Sequence record: NC_054905.1 | Direction: 5' to 3' (one strand) | Source: Enterobacteria phage Kha5h | Length of the DNA stretch: 64,000 nucleotides | Part shown: positions 32,778 to 42,030 of the stretch, one piece after another | How the letters are laid out: each line of letters begins with the position of its first letter | Position numbering within the stretch: position 1 is the stretch's first letter | The notes under the pieces: model-generated | Told to the model about the DNA's origin: nothing | What the model saw: the letters and a program-made list of their open reading frames with translations, nothing else | The model's database searches: none | Translations under genes and position numbers: made by a program

Positions 32778-32801
32778 CTAACCGAGGAAGTAAACAACTT
32801 T

Positions 32802-33485
32802 TTATCGTTTTGTTGGAAGAGACAGAGGATCGCACTCTTCCTCTGACGGAGCATCTTCAAGACCCATAGCATAGCGCAAAGCATACTTCATCATCAGGAT
32901 GTCTTTCGCACAGTCATGAATAGAATCATGTGCAACGAATCCATCTAAGGTTCCCTTTGGAAGAGGACAAGTGGTCATATCACGAACAAGGAGAAGTGCT
33001 TCAATTCTAGTACGAATGTCGCGTTGATTCCAGAATTTACACGGTTCTAACTTAAATGTATCAAGCTCATTCTCGGAAACGCCGTTAAGACGTTGAATAT
33101 CGCGAATGAGATCGACTAAAATTGGAAAATCAAACGACATTCCACGGCACCAACCTTGAGATTTCCAAGGATCGATATTATGTGCATTGATGTAATCATT
33201 AAATTTTGCAATACCGTCAATAGTGCTTACATCTTCATCTGATGGTGCAATATTTTTTCTAGCTTCAGGTGATTGATTTTTCCACCATTCGATAGTGCTT
33301 TTAGTAAAAAGACGATGTCCTTTTTGGCTTTTTAAATCAAATTTGATTTTAATGCCACGTGAAACTAATTCATCAAACGTTTCAACGACTTCTGGATTAG
33401 GGTCAAAAGCAATTACAGCCAAATCAATAACAGCTGCTTTTTCACCACTTCCCATTGTTTCAAAATCTATAATAAAATCAAACAT
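32802..33485 (-). CDS. dexA: exonuclease A (DexA, 3'-5' DEDD-type)
   Basis: 227 aa, MFDFIIDFETMGSGEKAAVIDLAVIAF... Confidence 0.9.
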   Translation of the reverse strand: MFDFIIDFETMGSGEKAAVIDLAVIAFDPNPEVVETFDELVSRGIKIKFDLKSQKGHRLFTKSTIEWWKNQSPEARKNIAPSDEDVSTIDGIAKFNDYINAHNIDPWKSQGWCRGMSFDFPILVDLIRDIQRLNGVSENELDTFKLEPCKFWNQRDIRTRIEALLLVRDMTTCPLPKGTLDGFVAHDSIHDCAKDILMMKYALRYAMGLEDAPSEEECDPLSLPTKR

Positions 33486-33760
33486 TAAACTTTCCTCGCT
33501 AAATCGCGAATTTGACCTACAGTATAATCTTGGATATAAACTTTATTAATAGGCTCATCAATAAATTTTGCCATAGATTCAATATCTTTTTGTATCTCTT
33601 CAAGACTGTATACTATCTTTAAAGCTTTTTCGCGAATAGTAATATTTTCAGGACTAGAATTTTCCTCAATGACAGCTTTAACATTTGTCATAAGAGATTT
33701 AAACTGATGCAAACTTAATTCAATCATTAATAACCGCCTTATAAAGATGGCTAATTTCAC
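33485..33760 (-). CDS. hypothetical protein (91 aa), member of a tandem paralog trio
   Basis: C-terminal half LEEIQKDIES...VYIQDYTVGQIRDL resembles the next ORF. Confidence 0.5.
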   Translation of the reverse strand: MKLAIFIRRLLMIELSLHQFKSLMTNVKAVIEENSSPENITIREKALKIVYSLEEIQKDIESMAKFIDEPINKVYIQDYTVGQIRDLARKV

Positions 33761-33980
33761 CTAAAACATAATCACTGATTGTGACAGTTTTCACTTCACC
33801 ACAAAAGAATTCTAACGCAATTAAATCTCGTTCAATTTCTTCTAATTGAAGCATTAACTTACCAGATTCAATTTTTACATTTCTACGATTTTTACTATAA
33901 GCTATTTCATAAATTTCGCTCACTTTATCTTGAAGTAGATAAAACTGGTCTTTAGTTATTTCCACGAATAGCTTCCTCAA
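33720..33980 (-). CDS. hypothetical protein (86 aa), tandem paralog
   Basis: LEEIERDLIA...VTISDYVLGEISHL. Confidence 0.5.
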   Translation of the reverse strand: MRKLFVEITKDQFYLLQDKVSEIYEIAYSKNRRNVKIESGKLMLQLEEIERDLIALEFFCGEVKTVTISDYVLGEISHLYKAVIND

Positions 33981-34212
33981 ATTTAATTAGTAATTTACAG
34001 ACACTTTCATCTAGTGTAATTACCGTATCTGTATTACTGTGATATGATTGTTTTTCAATTCGTTTAATTGCTAATATAGTATCACTTATAAGATAAAGCT
34101 TATGAAGGAGCTCAGCTCCTGTTACCATAACATCGAGATTATCTTGCTTATTAGTATGCTTCCTTATACCATCTATTAGACGATTTAAATATTTTGAATT
34201 GATGTTAATCAT
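33952..34212 (-). CDS. hypothetical protein (86 aa), possible third paralog
   Basis: weaker similarity (IKRIEKQ...VITLDESVCKLL). Confidence 0.45.
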   Translation of the reverse strand: MININSKYLNRLIDGIRKHTNKQDNLDVMVTGAELLHKLYLISDTILAIKRIEKQSYHSNTDTVITLDESVCKLLIKFEEAIRGNN

Positions 34213-34218
34213 ATAGCC

Positions 34219-35538
34219 TCACACATAAAATACATCATAACGACCACGAGTTACACCAACATAAAGAAGTTGTTGAGCTAATTCAGCATCTGCATAATGA
34301 ATACAAGGTGTATAAATGAAAGCACGGTCTACAGACATACCCTGAGCTTTATGGAATGTTGATGCAGGAAGTGCTTTCACTTTACTGAACTGTGATTTAG
34401 CATCCCAAAAATCACTCCACGGAGCTTTTCCGCCTTTGTTCCAATTTTTATAAGTTTCTGCCGTTTTACCTAAAAATAAATTAAACTTATATAGCTCTTC
34501 ATCAGATGAAATTATTTTAATCTTTTCACGATAATATTCATCATCGCCGTAAGTTTCTACTGTTAAATCCCAATGACGAATTAAGTATTCTCCAGGAACA
34601 CCACGAGCTTTAACAAACGTTGATGTATACTCTGCTTCTATAATACGAACTAATTGTCCGTTATTAAAAATAATTTCTGACACAGGCTTTCCATCAATTT
34701 TATATGTTTTAATTAATGGTTCCTGCATTACAATAATTTCACCAACAATAAAATCTTTATCAGTTTCAAAAATCTTTTTACGAATAATGCTATTTAACTT
34801 GTCAACAGATTTATTCGTAAATGCCATTACGCGATTTTCAAACAAATCATCTAAAGATTTGACGATTGAAAAATAATTTACCATAAAATCGCGTAAAGCG
34901 GTATCACCAGTAAATCCACGTACTCCATGCCCGTCAACAACTTTATCATAAATCCACTTACCGTTACGAACATCAGTAGCTACATCAATAATAGGAGCAT
35001 TACTGCGTTTAACTTCAGTAAGTTCACACTGATAAAAATCTTTGTGTGTAAAGAATGGACTGATATAAGCAGTATTTTCTCCTGGATCAACAGGTCTAAT
35101 TTGCTTATTATCACCTATTCCAATTATAGTACACCAAGGTGGAATAGTTGAAAGCAGAATTTTAAATAGCTTTCTATCATACATTGACACTTCGTCGCAG
35201 ATTAATACCCTGCATTTAGCTAAATCTGGTACTTCCTTCTGCTCAAAGAGGACATTTTCTTCATATGTTACCGGGTTAATTTTGAGAATACTGTGAATAG
35301 TACTCGCTTCTTTCCCTGATAGTTTTGAAAGAATCTTTTTAGCCGCATGAGTAGGAGCTGCTAAAATAATACCAGTTTCACCCGTAGATATTAAAGCTTC
35401 AATGATGAACTTAGTAAGAGTAGTCTTACCAGTACCAGCAGGTCCATTAATAGTTACATGATGTTTCTTTTCTTTAATAGCATTCATAACAATGTTAAAG
35501 ACATTTTTCTGGCCTTCGGTCAAATCATCAAATGTCAT
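34219..35538 (-). CDS. dda: Dda DNA helicase (SF1B)
   Basis: 439 aa, Walker A GPAGTGKTT. Confidence 0.95.
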   Translation of the reverse strand: MTFDDLTEGQKNVFNIVMNAIKEKKHHVTINGPAGTGKTTLTKFIIEALISTGETGIILAAPTHAAKKILSKLSGKEASTIHSILKINPVTYEENVLFEQKEVPDLAKCRVLICDEVSMYDRKLFKILLSTIPPWCTIIGIGDNKQIRPVDPGENTAYISPFFTHKDFYQCELTEVKRSNAPIIDVATDVRNGKWIYDKVVDGHGVRGFTGDTALRDFMVNYFSIVKSLDDLFENRVMAFTNKSVDKLNSIIRKKIFETDKDFIVGEIIVMQEPLIKTYKIDGKPVSEIIFNNGQLVRIIEAEYTSTFVKARGVPGEYLIRHWDLTVETYGDDEYYREKIKIISSDEELYKFNLFLGKTAETYKNWNKGGKAPWSDFWDAKSQFSKVKALPASTFHKAQGMSVDRAFIYTPCIHYADAELAQQLLYVGVTRGRYDVFYV

Positions 35539-35846
35539 CGGAAAGTCCCTGCAATTGGAATACTAACAATACGCCCAGTATCTAGAATTCGTTGATATAA
35601 TCTTTGTGTATCTACATCAGGCTTAACATGTTTAACTTCTATTTTATTAAACCAAAATTTACGTGGAGTCTCAACTAATCTTGGAATTCCCTTACCTAAA
35701 GCTAGTTGATACTGCTCTTTAAGAGTGGTAAATACTTTGTCAGCAATATTCCATTCAAAAAATACAGCAGGACGATGTTCATCAAGCGGAACTGGCGCCG
35801 TAAATCCGTCTTTGTCTCGGTAAACTATCGCATATACATAAACCAT
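35535..35846 (-). CDS. hypothetical protein (103 aa)
   Basis: track ORF. Confidence 0.55.
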   Translation of the reverse strand: MVYVYAIVYRDKDGFTAPVPLDEHRPAVFFEWNIADKVFTTLKEQYQLALGKGIPRLVETPRKFWFNKIEVKHVKPDVDTQRLYQRILDTGRIVSIPIAGTFR

Positions 35847-35847
35847 A

Positions 35848-36594
35848 TTATCCTCGGATAAGTTTAAAAATTGAACAATTTAGCGGGTATCCTCTTTTTA
35901 ATTTGAGTTTATCAATAAATGATAAGTTTTGAAACCGCTCTACACCTTGAATAATTTTATCACACATATCATATTGCATTTCTGCTTCTGACAACTTTTT
36001 CACAGTTTTCCAATCCGAGCCTTTAAGAAGAACGTTCAATTTAACAACTTCAGCGCCTTCTGCTATACGAGAACCATCAATACGAGCTTTAAGTGCTATA
36101 ATTCTTAGCTTAATGTCAGAGGTCTGTTTTGATTTAGAAAGCTGAGAAATGTGTTCAATTCGGTTTTCACGTTTTTTCTGTATAGCTTTAATTTGATTAT
36201 AAGTCTTTTTGATTTTAGCCCATTTCTTTTCATCTAAATTTAGTTTATGAACTTTTTTCGCAGATGAACGACCAATTCGCAAAGCAAATAAATCACGCTT
36301 TTCAATCAACTCTTCTAAAGTATAATCAGAACGAAATGTATTATACTTTTTCTTTACTGCAATAACATTCCCTTTAATGTATCCAACGTTATTATCAAAA
36401 CGTTCTAATGATAATTTCTCTCCTTCAATACGATTATCAAAAGGTTCTCCCGAGTAAGCGCAAACTTTTTGATCTAAAATGTTCTTAATGTAATTGAAGT
36501 CTAAGTTAAAATCTTTAGAACGTCTTTTTGCAGATGCCTGAGTATGCTCTAAACGACGTTTAATTTTACGAATTTGGTTATTAGACAGCTTCAT
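35848..36594 (-). CDS. srd: Srd-like protein
   Basis: 248 aa basic protein at the T4 srd position. Confidence 0.6.
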   Translation of the reverse strand: MKLSNNQIRKIKRRLEHTQASAKRRSKDFNLDFNYIKNILDQKVCAYSGEPFDNRIEGEKLSLERFDNNVGYIKGNVIAVKKKYNTFRSDYTLEELIEKRDLFALRIGRSSAKKVHKLNLDEKKWAKIKKTYNQIKAIQKKRENRIEHISQLSKSKQTSDIKLRIIALKARIDGSRIAEGAEVVKLNVLLKGSDWKTVKKLSEAEMQYDMCDKIIQGVERFQNLSFIDKLKLKRGYPLNCSIFKLIRG

Positions 36595-36630
36595 ATTTTT
36601 CTCACATCTTACGGACGGTTAACTACTTAT

Positions 36631-36660
36631 ACTATAACATTTTTACTTTAACCTGTAAAC
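36631..36660 (-). promoter_or_regulatory. phage early promoter (GTTTAC, 18 nt, TATAGT) upstream of srd
   Basis: minus-strand GTTTAC 36655..36660, TATAGT 36631..36636. Confidence 0.5.
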
Positions 36661-36717
36661 AACTTTATGTAAAAATGCTTTAAAAATTTCATGGTATAAT
36701 GAATCTAAGTCCTTCCA

Positions 36718-37320
36718 TTATAGATTAAATCCTTCAAAATCAAGAGTATAGATAGTGTATGTTGAATACTTTTTGTACTCATATCTATCTGCAATTCTAA
36801 ATACACTTCCAGCTGGTATCATTACTTCTTGTTCATCTGAAACTAATTCCATATTACGATAACGATGGCTATCCGGAAACTTAAAGTTTGGATTGTATTC
36901 TTTACAGCGTAGAGCTTTTATAGCATACTCCTGGAAATTGAATACCATAGGAGCTTTGAATTCAAAAATAACTTGTGTGTTATACTCTAAACCGGAAGCA
37001 AAATGTAGAGCTATATTTTTATCATATGAAGCTGATACTACTTTATCAAATGTAATAATATCAATTCCTTGATTTAACACTTGCTTAGTCTCGACTGGAA
37101 CACCTCTCCAAAGAGGTTTATCGTTTGGAACCAAACGAGATTTGATTATTTCATTTAACCAAGTATGGTCATCTGGTTTGTTGGTAATACAATGAATTAA
37201 AAGTTCAATTTCAGATAAATTAAACCCTTCAGAAAGTAATTCTTCACGAATAGAAGCACGCACCGATGCATCCATTGATTTTATTTTAAAATCTTTTAGT
37301 TGCATTACTGAGTATTTCAT
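36718..37320 (-). CDS. modA: ADP-ribosyltransferase ModA
   Basis: 200 aa, size and position as T4. Confidence 0.75.
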   Translation of the reverse strand: MKYSVMQLKDFKIKSMDASVRASIREELLSEGFNLSEIELLIHCITNKPDDHTWLNEIIKSRLVPNDKPLWRGVPVETKQVLNQGIDIITFDKVVSASYDKNIALHFASGLEYNTQVIFEFKAPMVFNFQEYAIKALRCKEYNPNFKFPDSHRYRNMELVSDEQEVMIPAGSVFRIADRYEYKKYSTYTIYTLDFEGFNL

Positions 37321-37940
37321 TCAATTACCTCAATATCATAAACTTTAAATGTTCCAAATGAATCGTGTAATTTTTCTTTTGAAATAGAAGTTATTTTATA
37401 CTTTCCAATTGGAATCATCCATTCTTGTTCATGTACAATCATCATTAAGTTATCAGTTCTTTCTGAATCTAACCCATCAGTATCTTCATACGTGTACTTA
37501 AACTCAGTGTTAGGAGAAGAAAGTATAATATCGCTGATATGGTCAGAATAATTAAAAGCTTTATCAGTTTTTAAACGAAGTATTGTTTCAGTGAAATATT
37601 CAGCATAAGAAAAAGAACACGCTGTATGCAAACTAGTAGTAAATGAATCTACTCTGTTCGTTGAAAACACTTCTCCAACTTGTAAATCTTTAATAAGTTC
37701 TTTTGTCGATTTTGATATACCACGATATAATTGATAAGGCGATTTAGTTAAATGCTTTTTAATGATTTTATTCAACTGCCTATGAAGAGCTTCATTCTTT
37801 TTGGCTTCCATACATTGCCAAAGAACAGACTGCTCGAAGTCAGTAAATTTTTCACAGACTTTTTTATACATATCATGTTGAAAATCAACGCTTTCAGCTT
37901 TTATAGATAACTGTTCAACATCTGCAGGATTAATAATCAT
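37317..37940 (-). CDS. modB: ADP-ribosyltransferase ModB
   Basis: 207 aa, adjacent paralog of modA. Confidence 0.75.
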   Translation of the reverse strand: MIINPADVEQLSIKAESVDFQHDMYKKVCEKFTDFEQSVLWQCMEAKKNEALHRQLNKIIKKHLTKSPYQLYRGISKSTKELIKDLQVGEVFSTNRVDSFTTSLHTACSFSYAEYFTETILRLKTDKAFNYSDHISDIILSSPNTEFKYTYEDTDGLDSERTDNLMMIVHEQEWMIPIGKYKITSISKEKLHDSFGTFKVYDIEVIE

Positions 37941-38007
37941 GATAGCCTCCGTATACTTCAGAAGCTATCATATCATCGTTAGAAAGGAAAGTAAACAACT
38001 TTTTGAA

Positions 38008-38190
38008 TTATTTTGCCCAGGGAGCCCAAGGCGGAGGGTCAAGATGGTATGAAGCTAGTTCTTCTAGAAGAGCATCTGGGGCTTCAATTCCATAATTCTG
38101 TAATACTATACGGTACTCTTTCTTATAATCACTAGAATCATTCTGGATATTCGTAGAATGATTATCTTCTAACATCTCAAATAAATCCAT
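38008..38190 (-). CDS. hypothetical protein (60 aa)
   Basis: track ORF. Confidence 0.5.
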   Translation of the reverse strand: MDLFEMLEDNHSTNIQNDSSDYKKEYRIVLQNYGIEAPDALLEELASYHLDPPPWAPWAK

Positions 38191-38198
38191 ATTAATTC

Positions 38199-38669
38199 CT
38201 AGCGATAAAAACCAAAGTGACGATTAGCTTCAACAATCTTTCTTTCTTCTTCAGACATTCTCCAGCGTAGTCCAACATCAAAATGAGCCCAGACCATCCT
38301 AACAAATGCATTTATATCTTTAATATCTTCAATAATGAATGTTTTACTTTTAGAAGGTTGACTCGCTAATTTAACTTTATCGTCTTCAAACATGTCAAAA
38401 AGACCATATTCATGAGCTCTTTTATAGCCTTTAATAGTTAAAGCTTCAGAAGAAGAAAACGGTGAATCAGTATTCTGCAAAATATCTTCAGTATGCTTTA
38501 TAATTAGAATAATATTTTCTGGATATTTTCTTTCTTTTATATCTTTAATTAAAATATCCGGATTTTCTGCTAAAGGAATAATTAACGAGCAATTTTTATC
38601 AAGTGTATTTACCGATTTACCTTCTTTAGACATAAATTCTATTGAATAATGTTTTGCTACTTCAATCAT
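38199..38669 (-). CDS. hypothetical protein (156 aa)
   Basis: track ORF. Confidence 0.55.
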   Translation of the reverse strand: MIEVAKHYSIEFMSKEGKSVNTLDKNCSLIIPLAENPDILIKDIKERKYPENIILIIKHTEDILQNTDSPFSSSEALTIKGYKRAHEYGLFDMFEDDKVKLASQPSKSKTFIIEDIKDINAFVRMVWAHFDVGLRWRMSEEERKIVEANRHFGFYR

Positions 38670-38826
38670 GGGATTTCCTTTTGCCTACTAATGGACCATC
38701 GGGAATTTTGTTTTCCTGGATATATTTCTCATTTTCTTCCATCATTTTACTACCAATTTTAAGAAGCAAATCCATTGCTTCATTTGCTTTTGCTTTAGCC
38801 TCTTCCAATGTCATATCTTTGCTCAT
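38662..38826 (-). CDS. possible small protein (54 aa)
   Basis: hand-translated [32 protein letters not shown]...; overlapping start/stop with neighbours. Confidence 0.4.
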   Translation of the reverse strand: MSKDMTLEEAKAKANEAMDLLLKIGSKMMEENEKYIQENKIPDGPLVGKRKSHD

Positions 38827-39026
38827 GATTTATCACCATAGATGTCTCTCATCAATTTAAGCGCTGAGCGTTCTAATTTCTTTTCTTTCTCAACGCTAAT
38901 CATTGATTTCATCCATTCTTCTGATTCATTCTGCATTTCTTTATTTGCTTGTTCAACCCAACCGTCGTCAATGTACATTGAGTTTGGTCTATTGAACCAT
39001 TCAAACATTTTCTTCAGAACTTTCAT
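38823..39026 (-). CDS. hypothetical protein (67 aa)
   Basis: track ORF. Confidence 0.5.
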   Translation of the reverse strand: MKVLKKMFEWFNRPNSMYIDDGWVEQANKEMQNESEEWMKSMISVEKEKKLERSALKLMRDIYGDKS

Positions 39027-39498
39027 TTGTTTTACCTAAAACAACAGTAGGAGCATCATCAAATTCATGAATTTTTAGCAAATTTGGATGTAAACTATTC
39101 CATACAGAAGAAATAAAGTATGATAACGCATCTTCACTCGCAATTATAAATTTGTTTCCTTTGTCTATTTTCCAGTTATATACTGAATCGTACGAATAAA
39201 AAGATAAGGGTTTATCATTATATTGTTCTGCGCTAACATTAATGTATTCGGATTTAGTAAATGCTTCAATTGCTCTAAATGGAATATTTGGTACAGTTTC
39301 AATAATTCCGATCTTTTTAAGTTTTATTTCAGCATCTTCTGGAACTGGCATTGAAACGAAATTTTCTACGAGATACATTGGGTCACAATAACCCTTATCA
39401 ATCATTACGGCTACAGTAATTGGAACATCTTTAGCAAACGACATGCTATTACTGCTAATATACATTTCAAACAAAATCGCTTCCATAATTTTCCTCAA
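39001..39498 (-). CDS. hypothetical protein (165 aa)
   Basis: track ORF. Confidence 0.5.
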   Translation of the reverse strand: MRKIMEAILFEMYISSNSMSFAKDVPITVAVMIDKGYCDPMYLVENFVSMPVPEDAEIKLKKIGIIETVPNIPFRAIEAFTKSEYINVSAEQYNDKPLSFYSYDSVYNWKIDKGNKFIIASEDALSYFISSVWNSLHPNLLKIHEFDDAPTVVLGKTNESSEENV

Positions 39499-39836
39499 TC
39501 ACAAGATGTAGATGAACAACTAGAATCACAAGAACTTCCGCATGAATCGCCCGTCCATACATGAACAGGAACATTAGTATCATATGAATCAGAACTAGAT
39601 CGTGTATTCTGTGTGTTAGATGATGTAGTAGGTGTTGACCAGCGCCAAGGATTTTTATAATATTCTTGGGCTTCTTCATAAGTCATAGTAACTGCTTCTA
39701 CTGTTCCATCTCCCATATAAACATACTCAACTACAGTTAAAGGAAGGTAGTCATTTGAAATAGGAACTACACCTTCCCCAGGAGTCGTAGAGAAAAAATC
39801 CGTAAAGAAACTTTTAAACCAATTAAAGATAAACAT
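39495..39836 (-). CDS. hypothetical protein with Ser/Thr-rich linker and Cys-rich C-terminal tail (113 aa)
   Basis: ...[20 protein letters not shown]...[18 protein letters not shown]. Confidence 0.5.
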   Translation of the reverse strand: MFIFNWFKSFFTDFFSTTPGEGVVPISNDYLPLTVVEYVYMGDGTVEAVTMTYEEAQEYYKNPWRWSTPTTSSNTQNTRSSSDSYDTNVPVHVWTGDSCGSSCDSSCSSTSCD

Positions 39837-40042
39837 TACAAAAAGCCTCTCTTAAATTCGACTTGCTTCTCGCCATAATCATATCGAATCTCTGCATTAA
39901 ATTCGACAGAACCATCTGCGTACATCATAAATGAATGTACAACAACTTCTGTAGACCATGGCTGTAGTTCATATTTCTTCATTACATGCCGTGAAATGAT
40001 AATATCTAAATCTTCATTTGGTTTAATCCAGCGATTTAACAT
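39836..40042 (-). CDS. hypothetical protein (68 aa)
   Basis: track ORF downstream of an early promoter. Confidence 0.5.
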   Translation of the reverse strand: MLNRWIKPNEDLDIIISRHVMKKYELQPWSTEVVVHSFMMYADGSVEFNAEIRYDYGEKQVEFKRGFL

Positions 40043-40068
40043 AGTGCTCTCCTCTATAAGATAATTCT

Positions 40069-40098
40069 ATTATACCATACTCATTTTGGAAAGTAAAC
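40069..40098 (-). promoter_or_regulatory. phage early promoter (GTTTAC, 18 nt, TATAAT)
   Basis: minus-strand GTTTAC 40093..40098, TATAAT 40069..40074. Confidence 0.55.
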
Positions 40099-40113
40099 CG
40101 TTTAAATGAAAAA

Positions 40114-40133
40114 AGGACTCCCGAAGGAGTCCT
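40114..40133 (-). terminator. UUCG-tetraloop hairpin after soc
   Basis: aggactcc cgaa ggagtcct. Confidence 0.5.
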
Positions 40134-40140
40134 TGAATTA

Positions 40141-40377
40141 TTAACCACCTATTTCTGTAGGCGTAAACATTGCAGCATTCTTAGTTTTCCAGTCAGCTGC
40201 ATCAGAAACTACAGTAGAATATGCCGCCTTTTCAGAAGGAAAGGTCTGATAATAAGAATCTGCAATACGATGCTCGTTAGAATAGATTTCAAATGGAACA
40301 GAAACTTCCATACCTTTAACTTCTTTGCCTTCACCTGCTGGATGAGTAAAGGTCTTGATGTTAACGAAACCACCCAT
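40141..40377 (-). CDS. soc: small outer capsid protein Soc
   Basis: 78 aa; ...YQTFPSEKAAYSTV... resembles T4 Soc. Confidence 0.75.
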   Translation of the reverse strand: MGGFVNIKTFTHPAGEGKEVKGMEVSVPFEIYSNEHRIADSYYQTFPSEKAAYSTVVSDAADWKTKNAAMFTPTEIGG

Positions 40378-40411
40378 AATAAACTCCTTTATTGTTTAAT
40401 TACAAGTGTAT

Positions 40412-41248
40412 TTATAAACCATTTTCAAACCTCTTTATCATATTTATATAGTTTTCATCGGGATAACCTAGACTAACTGCTAACTTTCTAAAATTGACAT
40501 ATTTAGGTTTGTTGTTATTAATCCATAATTCTCTAAGCTCTTTTTCATAATTCCATTTAAGTTGATTTCTGCGTGCAGTTTTGCTTAAAGTTTTTCCTTT
40601 AGCTTTTAAAGCTTTTTCGGATGATTGTTTTAATTTTTGAATATTTAAAACTTCTTCTATAGATAAATTATTTTCCTTTGAATACCTTATGCAAAAATCT
40701 TTTACTACGGCTATTAGGCAATTTTTGTGAGTACCTAAAATTTCTGGGTTATTTTCTTCAACTAAAATTCCCCAATATCTTCGGTAGCGAGGCATATCCC
40801 TTGAAATCCAGTCATTATACCAAAAATCAAAGTTGGAATACATGAAAGATTTTCTTTTGCGAAGAGTATCTTGGTTTATCCATTGCTCACGTTTATCAGC
40901 CCATAACTTAATAGTAAAGTCTTTCTCTAAGTCAGAAAGCTTCTTAAATTGCGAGCTATTTACTGAGGTCATTCTCTGGAATGCATTCAGCAATCCAAAT
41001 CTTCCAGTTGAACATAAGAGATAGTGAACATATATGTGTTGATATATTGGGAGATATACTCTATTCCAAGGATATATTTTAAAATCACTATACTCAGGAA
41101 ATGCGCATTTAGGAAGTATATGATGGGCTTCTGTTTTAGATTTAATGTGAGTGTTTAACTTATACTTATCTATAATTTTTAAGTACTCATCTAAAAGTTC
41201 CCATTGCGGGAACTTTTCTTTAAGAGCAGATTTGAAATTAATATCCAT
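40412..41248 (-). CDS. putative HNH-family homing endonuclease
   Basis: 278 aa from ATG 41248; EAHHILPKCAFPEY...NRVYLPIYQHIYVH fits an HNH motif, basic C-terminal half; start overlaps the 3' end of gene 56. Confidence 0.65.
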   Translation of the reverse strand: MDINFKSALKEKFPQWELLDEYLKIIDKYKLNTHIKSKTEAHHILPKCAFPEYSDFKIYPWNRVYLPIYQHIYVHYLLCSTGRFGLLNAFQRMTSVNSSQFKKLSDLEKDFTIKLWADKREQWINQDTLRKRKSFMYSNFDFWYNDWISRDMPRYRRYWGILVEENNPEILGTHKNCLIAVVKDFCIRYSKENNLSIEEVLNIQKLKQSSEKALKAKGKTLSKTARRNQLKWNYEKELRELWINNNKPKYVNFRKLAVSLGYPDENYINMIKRFENGL

Positions 41249-41756
41249 TATCTTGACGTTCAAAATTATGTTTGTTCTTCAGATAATAAAGTTTAAAGAT
41301 TTCTTCAGCCGTAAGACCGAGACCTTGGAACATGTTCAGAACGAAATGAAGAATATCAATCATTTCGAATTTAATTTCCAACTGGTCTTGTGGAGACAAA
41401 TCAGTAATTAAAGTTTCACGACGTTCACCATGTTGAGCTTTCCAAGGCTTCCATACAGCAGATGCATCTTTTTCGCCATTGCTCATACCACCAAGAGAAG
41501 TCAATAGTTCGCGGAATTCATCATCAATATAATCTTTCTGATTACGCAGCCAATCAACAACTTCACCCGCAGTAGCCAAATCATCAGGATGACGGTTATA
41601 TTCAGGTTTATCTTTAGCTAAACGAACCTGAAGAGATTTCTGCATATCAAGCATAACTTGCAGCGGGTCTTTTTCATCACCGAGAATATCCCAGTATTCA
41701 TTTTGAGCTTTATCAGCGCCTTCAATCAGTTGACTACATTCGTTGAAATGTGGCAT
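41238..41756 (-). CDS. 56: dCTP pyrophosphatase gp56 (MazG-like)
   Basis: 172 aa, sequence and position. Confidence 0.88.
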   Translation of the reverse strand: MPHFNECSQLIEGADKAQNEYWDILGDEKDPLQVMLDMQKSLQVRLAKDKPEYNRHPDDLATAGEVVDWLRNQKDYIDDEFRELLTSLGGMSNGEKDASAVWKPWKAQHGERRETLITDLSPQDQLEIKFEMIDILHFVLNMFQGLGLTAEEIFKLYYLKNKHNFERQDNGY

Positions 41757-41829
41757 GTTATTTTTCCTTTCAATTCATGGGTTAGTAGATTAATTATACA
41801 ATAAATATATAAAGCAATAAGGAGGACAT

Positions 41830-42030
41830 ATGGTACAAAAATTAATGGCACTTGTTAATGCCATAAAAGGTAATAAAAAGCGTATAGCTTTTACTATTTC
41901 TGCTATGGTAGGAATTTTACTCTGGAACTTTATTCTATCACCTGTTGCAATTGCGCATGGTATTAATATTCCAGTAGTTACTCTTGATACATTTGTAGAT
42001 TTAGCATTTGCTTTAGTTGGGTTGATTTAA
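41830..42030 (+). CDS. small hydrophobic protein (66 aa) on the opposite strand to the surrounding early genes
   Basis: strong SD AAGGAGG 7 nt before ATG; two hydrophobic segments; AT-rich TAAATATATAAAG upstream. Confidence 0.45.
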   Translation: MVQKLMALVNAIKGNKKRIAFTISAMVGILLWNFILSPVAIAHGINIPVVTLDTFVDLAFALVGLI

